Source: Eledone cirrhosa (Eukaryota). From it: 64,000 nt of DNA. Shown piece by piece: positions 11,588 to 24,308 of this stretch; within the stretch, counting starts at the first letter, position 1; every line of letters starts with the position of its first letter. The stretch spans positions 13,764,001 through 13,828,000 of the forward strand of contig OZ024765.1 in the NCBI GenBank assembly GCA_964016885.1, given 5' to 3'. The position numbers and the translations under genes were made by a program. A model generated the notes under the pieces. It was not told where the DNA came from, ran no database searches, and saw nothing but the letters and a program-made list of their open reading frames with translations.

Positions 11588-14500
11588 AGATGATTATAAT
11601 GATGACAGAGAGAGTGATGCTGATGATAAAGACTGTGACAATGATGGTGATGATGAAATATAAAACAAGATTTCGATCTTACAGTGTTCTCGTTTGGTAC
11701 ATGTTATTTCTCCATTTTCCCCGCATACACTGTAAAGATAATTGGAAAAATAAACAGAAATAGAATACAAAACTACAAAACATTTTTGTAAAAGAATATT
11801 TGGAAGCCAATATGTCAAAAAGTAAAATAAATCATATATCACTTACCATTTATTACACTCATGAAAGGTCGGAATCTCAAAACCTGGTAATCTAATGTTC
11901 CCCTCCTCATCAAAACAAGGACAGCTTGAAGTGTTAACACATTTGTCATTGAATTCAACTTGTCCCTCTGGACAACGGCAGCCTGGTTCACAATCATCAG
12001 TTTCAACACAGCTATCGGGCAAGCGGACATCAGCACAGGTAACAGGACAGTTTTTAATCTTGTTACCACATTCTGTCCAGATCTTCCCACCAGAACATAT
12101 AGGAGTTTCTAGTGAATTAAATACAAAGGAAGTTTATTTTAACATAAAACCAATGAATACGTACGGAGTAAAAAGTTAAAAGTTTAGTGGATCCCCAGGA
12201 ACGTCCTCTCATCCCTGTAAGAGGAGGAAACTGGCATAGTTTGGCCATGTCAGATGACATGACAGCCTGTGTGAGACCATCATGCAAGGCACTGTTGAAG
12301 GTGGACGCAGGAGGGGATGCCAACACGAAAACTGGTTGGACAATGTCAAAGAATGGACACAAATGACAACACCAGACTTATTGACAGCTGCCATTGATGG
12401 ACTATTTTGAGTGTGGGTATTGATGGCCATCGTTGGACTATTTTGAGTGTGGGTATTGACGGCCGTCATTGGACTATTTTGAGTGTGGGTATTGATGGCC
12501 GTCATTGATGGACTATTTTGAGTGTGGGTATTGACGGCCGTCGTTGGACTATTTTGAGTATGGGTATTGACGGCCGTCATTGGACTATTTTGAGTGTGGG
12601 TATTGACGGCTGCCATTGATGGACTATTTTGAGTGTGGGTATTGATGGCTGTCGTTGATGGACTATTTTGAGTGTGGGTATTGATGGCCGTCGTTGATGG
12701 ACTATTTTGAGTGTGGGTATTGATGGCCGTCGTTGATGGACTATTTTGAGTGTGGGTATTGATGGCCGTCGTTGATGGACTATTTTGAGTGTGGGTATTG
12801 ATGGCTGTCGTTGATGGACTATTTTGAGTGTGGGTATTGATGGCTGTCGTTGATGGACTATTTTGAGTGTGGGTATTGATGGCTGTCGTTGATGGACTAT
12901 TTTGAGTGTGGGTATTGATGGCTGTCGTTGATGGACTATTTTGAGTGTGGGTATTGATGGCCGTCGTTGATGGACTATTTTGAGTGTGGGCTGCTTCTGT
13001 AGTAGGATCCCACTGTCAAGGGACTGATGATGATGATTTTTTTGATCGATAGGGTAGTGGATTGGCAGGAATTGGTAGAGCATCAGACAACATGCTTTGT
13101 GGCATAGAGTTACGGCCCGTTATGTTCTGAATTCCGATCCTGTCAAGATTAGCTTTACCTTTCATCACCACCACCACCACCACTACCATCATCATCACAT
13201 CTACCACCACCACCACAGCCATCACTCAACCCCTACCAAAAAATCATTGCTGGCCTTGTGCCTAAATTATAAATGAAGCCCTTATTTACCTGTGCAGTCA
13301 TTCTCACAAATCCTACTCTGGACCCGTCCCCCGACACATCTTGTAGACGGTAACTGTCCATTCTGTGTGATACATTCCCTGGCCCTGGTCTGTTTCCCTG
13401 CCAGGCAGGGGACGTTGGTGTTACAGGGGCTCCATGGAGACCAGGGAACCCACTCATCTGGAAGGAATCCAAACAGAAGTGTTAGATTTATCATAAAACA
13501 GAGAGGAGAGGAGAGAGGTGAGAGAAGAGAGGAGAGGAGAGAGGAAAGGAGAGAGGAAGGAGATAGGTGAGAGGAGAGAGAGGAGAGGGAGAGTAGGGAA
13601 AGGAAAATAAAGAACAAAGACAAAACGAGGAAAAAGATAAAAAAAGACAAAAAGAGGAAAAAGAGGGAAAAGTGGAAAAAAGATAAAAAAGAGGAAAAAC
13701 GTGGGAAAAAGAGGAAAAAAGATAAAAGATAAAATGAAGAAAGTGATGTGAATAAGTTTAACAACCAAGGATATTGTGTAACATCATTCATCACTGTTGT
13801 CATTGTCATCGTTATCATCATTATTAACATCATCATCATTTTCATCATCATTATTATCTTCATCATTGTTATCACCATCACCATGGCACAAGGCCAGCAA
13901 TTATCCAGTACATTACTGGTACTTTATTTTATCGACCCCATAAGGATGAAAGGCAAAGCTAACCTCGGCGGGATTTGAACTCATACTGTAAAGGGACGTA
14001 ACTCTATGCTAGAAAGCATGGCGTCCAACCCTCTACCGATACTGCCAATTCACCGCCCTTTATGATAATGATCATGATAATGATAATAATGGAGATAAGT
14101 ATGATGGGGGTGATGATGATGATGATGGTAATGATGATAATACTGATGATGATGGTAATGATGATAATACTGATGATGATGATATAAAAAAATTTTTTTA
14201 AACTTCTATATATATATACAGGGTGTCCCCAAAAATGTATACACACTTCAACAACATTCTAATAAATGTGTATACATTTTGGGGGGACATCATGTATTTA
14301 TATATCCCAACTTACTGTTGCAGACTCCAACATTAAAAGTTGATGATGATAATGATGATGATGATGATATAAAATTTTTTTTTTAAAAACGTCCCTAAAA
14401 TGTATACACACTTCAACAACAATCTAATAAATGTGTATATATTTTTGTGGGACACCCTGTATATATATAAATCCCAACTTACTGTTGCAGACTCCAACAT

Positions 14501-17500
14501 TACAGTTGACTATTTCAACAGTAGTTTCAGTGCAGGGGCTAGAACCTGCGTGGAAGGACTTCACCCTTTTCCGTTTCTTGATACCATTGTCACATTTCTT
14601 AGAACAGGTTGACCAGGTGTTCCACTCACTGTATTTACAGCCCATTTCTGGAAAGGAGAAGAGACGGGAAGGGGAGGTGGGTGAACGATAAACGATAAAG
14701 AAATAAATAAAGGAAATATACAAATAAATTTTTAAATTAGGCAAAAAATAAGACAATAAATAAAAAATAAAAAATAAAAAACAAAAAATAGGCTAAAAAT
14801 AGACAAAAAAGAAAAGAAAAAAATGGGCTAAAAAAATTGGCTAAAAATATAAAAATATAGGCTAAAAAAATTTTTTAAATAAGCTATATTCCAGTATATA
14901 TACGACATATATGTATATATGTAATGCGGCATGTGTAATATAATGCCTTAATGACTCTACTAATTAGCAATCTTTTTTCCATTTTTTTTAATCAATCGAC
15001 AAGATCCCAAGGAAACAATGTTTCCATTGATCTTTCCATTACTGATACTATCTGTCAGTTAAAACTCCTGGCAGAAGAAAGGAGCTGATCAACAGATCAG
15101 ACCAAGGAAACAATGTTTCCATTGGACTTTCCATTACTGATACTATCTGTCAGTCACAACTCCTGGCAGAAGAAAGGAGCTGATCATCAGAGCAGACCGA
15201 GGAAACAATGTCTCCATTGGACTTTCCATTACTGATACTATCTGTCAGTCACAACTCCTGGCAGAAGAAATGAGCTGATCATCAGATCAGACCAAGGAAA
15301 CAATGTCTCCATTGGACTTTCCATTACTGATACTGTCTGTCCGTCACAACTCCTGGCAGAAGAAAGGAACTGATCATCAGATCAGACCAAGGAAACAATG
15401 TTTCCATTGGACTTTCCATTGCTGATATTATCTGTCAGTCACAACTCCTGGCAGAAGAAAGGAGCTGATCATCAGATCAGACCAAGGAAACAATGTCTCC
15501 ATTGGACTTTCCATTACTGATACTATCTGTCAGTTACAACTCCTGGCAGAAGAAAGGAGCTGATCATCAGATCAGACCAAGGAAACAATGTTTCCATTGG
15601 TCTTTCCATTACTGATACTATCTGTCAGTCACAACCCCTAGCAGAAAGAGCAACATGAAATAAAGTCTCTTGCTCAAGATCATAACACATCACCTGGTCT
15701 GGGAATCAAAGTCCCAGCCTCACGATTGCAAATCCAATTCACTAACCACTAAGCCACACACCTTCACCATTTTATACTGTCAAGACATAGAAACTCAAGA
15801 GACAAACCTTTACATCTGGATTTAGTACAAATTATGTCTCCATTGGAACAAGTACTGTAAAGAGAGAAAATTGGAACAAACATTGATATCGTTCTAGAGT
15901 TTTTTACACATATTGAAGAGAGAGATGGGGGTGGGAGAGAGAGAGAGTGATAGACATACAGAGAGAGAGAAAAAGAGTGAGAAAGAGAGGCAGATATATA
16001 AATATATTTTATATATATATATAAATATATATATATACATATATATATATATACATATTTATTTTTAATATATATATGTATACATATATATATTAAATAT
16101 ATAAAATGATGATGATGATGATATATATACATACTGACTCTTTTCCTATTACCCACTCTGCTACCCTAAGTATCAAGTACTCTGGTACGTTAGGGACCAC
16201 CTGGTTTCTTACCACACTTTCTTTGTTTATATATATATATTTATATATATATATTTATTAAAATAACAGATTAAAGTTTAAGCAAAGAATCGCTGCTTTC
16301 ACCCATAACGGGATCTTCTGAAAGTCTACGGTTCTTATATATTTGATATATATTATATATATATATATATATAAAGGTAGAACACTGGAAGGTAATATCC
16401 ATAGTAATATCCGTAGAGCACTCAGTCCATGGGACGAGTTTGGCCAGTCCAAGCTGAAGATCCACATAAGGTGAAACAATAGTTCTCAGTATAGTGAACT
16501 AACTGTTGTGTTACTACTTCTAAATATATATATCATCATCATCACCGTTTTACATCCGTTCTTCCACGCTAGCATGGGTTAGACGGGTTGTCCTGTTGTG
16601 GGCAGTGTCTGGTCGGCTGACCATGCCTTGCTCATACAGGAACTAATTTGGGTTGATTTCTACAGCTGGATGCCCTTCCTAACACCAACCTCATTTACAG
16701 TGAGTGCTGGGTGCTTTTTCGTGGCGCCTACACGTCTACCCTACAGTGTGGGCTGGGTGCTTTTTTTGCCGTGGCACCTCCACGACCACTTTACAGTGGG
16801 AATATATATATATATATAAATTTACATAGGCGAGACAGCTCGTAGCATAGGAGAAAGGATAGACCAACAATGCGGTGAACTAAAAGGACAAAAAAACGGT
16901 TCAGTACTATACGAACATGCCAGACAACAACAGGACAGTAACATAGGTAACATAGAAATTAAAATAATATCTAAACATAGAAATGACCCAGCAGATAGGC
17001 AAATCAGAGAAGCAAGTGAAATAGAACTTAGAAGGCCAAAGCTAAACAGAAAAAATGAATGGAATAACAACAACACCTAAACAAACAACACTGACTTAAG
17101 AGAAATATAAATAAATAAATAAATAAATATATACACAAGCACAATAACAACAAACACATATAAGCACACACTAGTAAACTAAGATAGAATACAATAACCA
17201 AAACACAGTCACCCAAACGCGAACACACACCAAACACTATACACACGCGCAAACGCATGTAAATAAATAAATAAACAGATTAAATAAAGATGCCGTAAAT
17301 ATACAATACAACAGGAGGAACATAATAGCACCACTGATGATGTTGCAGATGTGCAACGAAAGAACTTTGTTAGACTATATATATGTGTTTATATCTATAT
17401 TATATCTGTATTTTTTACCGTTGGTCAGTCAATGGTAAACATTGAGGACTGAATAAATTAAATTAACTGATATAAAAGATACAGAAGTGAAAACCAACCA

Positions 17501-17841
17501 AACAGTGAGTGTGTTCTGTTATTAATTCTGGCAATATTATTGCAACAATATGACCATCCCCAAGTATAACAATATTTATATATATATTATATGTTAGGTA
17601 ATTCCAAAGGAAAAGCAAAGGAAAATAGAGTGTTCTATGTATAGAACGGAGCTATTTAATTAGAAATTGAACAACACAGTCTGGATCACAGACGAGAATA
17701 TTATACGCCTGGAACGGTCGTCAGATAGAGATATTATAACATCTCTGGCTGACGACCGTTCCAGACGTATATTATTCTCGTTTGTGATCCAGAAACCTTT
17801 GGTAATGAAGTACTTATATTTTGTGTTGTTCAATTTCTAAT

Positions 17842-17901
<60 letters not shown>

Positions 17902-18643
17902 TCTTGTATATATATATACATATATACACATATATATATCTTATATATATATATATACATATATACACATATATCTTATATATATATATATATATATGGT
18001 GGCTGCCAACTCGTTTTCGAGTACGGCCACTACTTTATATCCATGTAGGAGAACCCCTACCGATGCGCTGAACGAGTGTGACTTTTCAGTCCAGCCAGCG
18101 ACTTGAAAACTCTGGTACAAACACTACACTTGTGACAATTATTGACACACAGTGCTGGGCCCATGGTACCATGTGACGACAAGTGCAGAGAGATCTCCAG
18201 ATATAAAGCAATGCCTGTGCCGTGAAGCTTTTATAGTGAGCAAAGGCACTGCACAAAGCCAGTCCCACTCTCTTAACCAAGATGATATTTACCAAAAAGA
18301 AGAACAAGTCAACATCATTGGATACCATCAGAGTTGCAGGTGTTATATCAGAGTTTTCCTTCTCCTAGAATTCTGCCTTGACAAAGGCTAAGGGGTCATC
18401 TCTCCCGGTGATTTTGGATGGCCATTGACTCTTAAGAGCTCCTTTGCCCTTTGACAGGTCTTGTTTTTAGTCCTGCAGGATGTCCAAAGTCACCCTCCTC
18501 ACCAAGAAACCTTGGTGGGGTTGCCAGTTTAGTCGCCAACGACCCGACCATGGGACAGGTTGTACTGGGATACATGTTACCAGTAGCACCAACTGGTGAC
18601 CTGACCATAATATATATATATATATACATATATACACATATAT

Positions 18644-18723
<80 letters not shown>

Positions 18724-19129
18724 TATATATATATTATATATTTCTAGGGCGGGTAAAATTCCCGAGATCCATGGACGAGTTCTCTCCAGCGGTCCCTGTC
18801 CCTCATTATCGCTGCCATGTCCTGCGTCTCCAACACTGGAAGAGGAAGACCAAGATTAACATATGTTGATGCCCTAAGGACAGACACTGGTCTGTTGGAG
18901 ACGCAGGACATGGCAGCGATCTTATATATATATATCTTATATATATGTGTATATACACATATATATATATCATATATATATATATATATACATATATACA
19001 CATATATATATCTTATATATATATATACACATATATATATCTTATATATATATATACATATATACACATATATATCTTATATATATATATATATACATAT
19101 ATACACATAAACGATGATGATGATGATGA

Positions 19130-19201
<72 letters not shown>

Positions 19202-19527
19202 CTTATATATATATATACATATATACACATATATATATCTTATATATATATCTTATATATACATATATACACATATATATATATCTTATATATATAGATA
19301 TATATACATATATATATCTTATATATATATATCTTATATATATATATATATACATATATACACATATATATATAGATATATATACATATATACAGATATA
19401 CACATATATATATCTTATATATAGTAATAATAATAAAATTGAAGACTAAAATCCAAAGAGGGCTCGATAAGGAAAATATATATCAAATATATAAGAACCG
19501 TAGAATATATATATATACACATATACA

Positions 19528-19569
<42 letters not shown>

Positions 19570-20636
19570 TGTATATGTGTATATATATATATATATATGA
19601 TATATATATATGTGTATATATGTATATATATGATATATATATATAAGATATATATAAGATATATATATGTATATATATCTATATATATAAGATATATATA
19701 TATGTGTATATATGTATATATAAGATATATGTGTATATATGTATATATATCTATATATATAAGATATATATATATGTGCATATATGTATATATATATATA
19801 AGATATATATATGTATATATGTATATATATAAGATATATATGTATATGTATATATAAGATATATATGTATATATATAAGATATATATAAGATATATATAT
19901 AAGATATATATATATCATCATAATCGTTTTTACGTCTGCATATATATATCTGTGTGTGTGTGTGTTTGTATGTATGTATGTCTTTCTCTCTGAAGCCAGT
20001 TTTCTAAACTATTAATAAATGAAAAAAAAAAAAAAAAACACTACATAAACAGACAACAACAGAGACAGATTATGTTACAAATCTTCCTACATCTCCAGAT
20101 GTGACCAGTTGACACATCTGTAGTAAGATATGTAAAACACCCCCCACCACCATATGATGGGTCATTTACATGAAACTTCACATCTTGACCCAATAAACCC
20201 AGTACAAACACCCGGCATACATCTGTTACTTGTGCTAGAGGACTTGTAAATCTGTTGCTAGATTGAAAGGTCACCTCTGTCTACATGGGAGGGGGTAAAC
20301 CTGTGGGGGGAGGAATTGAGATGATGTTGAGACAGGGACTATCATCTGGTGAGAGGAAGCAAGTGTAATGTGAAGAGTAAGAGATGAGAGAGAGAGTTGA
20401 AAGGGAGAGAGAGAGGGGGTGTAAGAATGAGAGAGTTCAGAAAGAGAGAGAGAGAGTTGAGAGAGAGAGGGTGTGTAAGAATGAGAGAGAGAGGGTGTGT
20501 AAGAATGAGAGAGTTGAGAGAGAGAGTTGAGAGAGAGGTGTATAAGAATGAGAGAGAGAGAGAAAGGGTTTGTAAGAATGAGAGAGTTGAAAGAGAGAGG
20601 ATGTGTAAGAATGAGAGAGAGAGGGGGTGTAAGAAT

Positions 20637-20667
<31 letters not shown>

Positions 20668-21650
20668 AGGGTGTGTAAGAATGAGACACAGAATATATAT
20701 ATATATATATATATATATAGTCCAGAAATAGCCGTCGAAACGGCTTGCGCTCTGCCGTCGGGGTCATACTTTTTCCTATTACCCACTCTACTACCCTAAG
20801 TATTGAGTACTCTGGTGCGTTATGGTCCATCTGGTTCCTTACCATATTTCCTTTGTTATATATATATAGAGGAGGCACATGGCCTAGTGGTAAGGATGTT
20901 GGACTTAAGATCATAATGTCGTGGGCTCGATTCCTGGGTTGCGTGTTGTGTTCTTGAGCAAAATACTTCATTTCACGTTGCTGGAGGTTTAACCCTGCAA
21001 TGGACTGGCGTCCTGTCCAGGGGGGAGTCTTGTACTCTCAGTTGCTTCAAGCCATGAAACCGGGATAAGCACCGGTCAAATGAGCCTTCTGGCTCAAAAC
21101 AGACTTTAGACTTTTTTTTAGATATATGTATGTATGTGCATATATATATATATATATATAAAATTGAAAAAGTGAAGAATAACATGGCCAACAGTACAAA
21201 AAAGGGGAATTTATTTACAGTCTAACAATTGTTTCTCTGATTAAGTTGTCTAAAAATTGCTGAACACTAGAAGCAGTGCCACTCAATTTTAAATACGATG
21301 CTAGCTTAATCAGATCATCAGAGACTATTACAAAAAATATATAACCAGCAAATCTACAAATTCAAATTACAGCATCAATAATAATATTAATACTTTTTTT
21401 CTTTCTTTCTTTCCTTTATCTATCTCTCTTTCTTTTTTTTTTCTCTCTCTCTATCTTTAGTACTAATATTTTTAATTTTCAATTTTATTATTCCAAGATA
21501 AACTTACATAGGAATACAAGTTAAATCATAAACTCGCCATCTACTTAAACCTCTTGTTGAGTCAAACAACTGCATACGCTAAAACTATCCATAATAAGAA
21601 GTATTCACAACCTCTAACTGGATTACCTATAACAATATTTTGTTATCCCT

Positions 21651-21686
<36 letters not shown>

Positions 21687-21913
21687 GAAGGGGTATTTAA
21701 TTTGTTGGAAGTCCAACAAATATAAATGTTTATAACTGATTTAGAGCACTCAACAGTTTACTGGAGTAAATATTCAATGATATTATTTTCTATTTATAAA
21801 ACAAACTTTGTATTTTATCTGATGAAAGCATATCAATGTGTCTTGGCACCCTTGAAATATATATAATAAAATAAATATGGTTTTATAAATATAGTTTCCA
21901 TTTATTTAATATT

Positions 21914-21977
<64 letters not shown>

Positions 21978-23516
21978 TTTTTTTTCATTTTTTTTTTTTA
22001 ATTTTTTTTACGTCCGCTTTTCCCTGCTTGCAAGGGTATATATATAAATATATATATATATACATACACACACACATACTGTAAAGTGGTTGTGTAGGAG
22101 ATACGTTAAAAAGGGTCCCAGTCCACACTATAAATGTGGTTGGTGTTAGGAAAGGCTTCCAGCCGCAGAAAACCTGTCAGAGACAGTTCTATACGAGCGA
22201 GACATGGTCTCCTGACCAATCCAGCATCAAATGGAAAAAAACCATCTAACCCATGCTAGCGTGGAAGATGGACGTTAAACAATGATGATGATGATAATTG
22301 TTTCTACTTTTGGTACAAGGCCAGCAATTACCCAGTCTATTACCGGTACTTTATTTTATCGACCCCATAAGGATGAAAGGTAAAGTTAACCTCGGCGGGA
22401 TTTGAACTCAGATCATAAAGGGACGTAACTCTATGCTTCAAAGCATGGTGTCCGACTCTCTACTGATACTGCCAATCCACCGCCTTATGATGATAATGAT
22501 AATGATAATGGCAATGATGATGATGATAAGGATGACAACGATAATAATAATTAAGATGAGGACAATGATGATGATGGCAACAGTGATAATGGCGTTGACA
22601 ATGATGATGATGATGATGATGATGACAAAATAGTGTAACCCTGGTTACCAATTATTGCAGCCGATATTCACAATCACATCTTCTTCGATTATGTCATTAA
22701 AGTAGATCAGCTCCTCTTCCGATGTCATCCCTGTTTTACCATCTTTCTCAATCCAACCAAACGGGTTGAAGTCATCAAAACCAAACTGTCGCCTGAAGAT
22801 GTCACCAGTGAACATGCACACACAGTCCTTCCTTGTGCAGAATTTCAGCTCAAAACTTTTACCTAAGCAACCATGTCTGATTGACATGTTTGATGTATTT
22901 GACAGGTGTGACGGGTTTGACATATAAATACATGTCCTGCAGAAAGAAAGAAAGGAAGTAAGATATAAGTGTGTGGTAGTGTAAATATATATATATATTT
23001 ATTAAAGTTTAAGCAAAGAATTGCTGCTTTCACCCTTAACGGGATCTTCTGAAACTAACAAAGTCAATCTGTGAACGCAGAAGTGAATATTTAAAAAAAC
23101 GTTGCAACCGGAGGAAGACAGGAAGACGATACTTTGGTTCGTGGAAATGTTCCCTGGCAAAGAACGGGAAAAAACGATTATAATATGTCATTATTTGGAG
23201 CGGTGAAAAACAATTACACGCAAAGACAAAACCACGTTTATGGTATAAAAGAAGTCGTAGACTAATGTTCTCTTAGGTGGTTCATAGAGACGTTCTCTGG
23301 CAATGAACGGAAAAAACGAAGTAAATACGTCATATGTGGAGCGGGGAGAACAATTGCACGCAAAGACAAAACCACGTTTATGGTATAAAAGAAGTCGTAG
23401 ACTAATATTCTCTTAGGTGGTTCATAGAGACATTCTCTGGCAATGAACGGAAAAATATACTTATATATATATATATATTTACATATACATAAATATATAT
23501 GTATTATATATATTTA

Positions 23517-23556
<40 letters not shown>

Positions 23557-24265
23557 ATCTAAACTATAATAAAGTAAGGAGTATCGGGACTGATCCTGAA
23601 TATATATTTTTATCCCGTTAGTAAATTAAGTTGGGTTACTTTGAATAAATAATTGTTTCTACTTTAGGCACAAGGCCAGCAATTACCCAGTGCATCACTG
23701 GTACTTTATTTTATCGACCCCGTAAGGATGAAAGGCAAAGTCAACCTCGGCGGGATTTGAACTCAGATCGTAAAGGGATGTAACTATGCTGGAAAGCATG
23801 GCGTCCGACCCTCTACCGACGCTGCCAATCCACCGCCCTTTACTTTGAATAAATAATGAATGAATATTACATAATTTATCTACTAAATTTCGTAGCTGCT
23901 GATTAAACAAATATTCTTATATATAATGATTGCTTATTTTCAAATTTTCAAATGTCAATACTTTCAGTTATGATATAATGTACACTATATCACTAATATA
24001 AACATCCATATATATGCATCGTTATATAAGGTTTCATTACATTTCACTGTAATGCAGTTTATATATAATATCGTCTTTTTTTAATGTATCATGGATTACT
24101 TTACTGATTACAGAAGACAGTGTAACTCAGTCTCCTTCAATTTCTGTGCATATTGTCAATTACAATTTTATTTGATGTATCATATCTACATGTATATATA
24201 TTTGCGTATAATATCAATATACACACTACGCATGCTAGCAGAAATATATATTATGCAAATATCAA

Positions 24266-24308
<43 letters not shown>

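Noticed and set aside
13480-13884. Hydrophobic 200-aa ORF resembling a membrane protein
   Set aside because: Low-complexity purine/pyrimidine and (ATC)n intron read through into a real TSP1 exon.
18432-19993. Many YI/IY-rich ORFs
   Set aside because: Translations of (TA)n microsatellite.
20041-20345. Non-repetitive stretch with acceptor-like ctcaccag and a 77-aa ORF
   Set aside because: The required phase-2 frame hits TGA immediately, no domain motif is present, and the flanking exons already join correctly.
3093-23839. A/B-box sequences as tRNA genes
   Set aside because: No cloverleaf; they continue into SINE bodies and tails.
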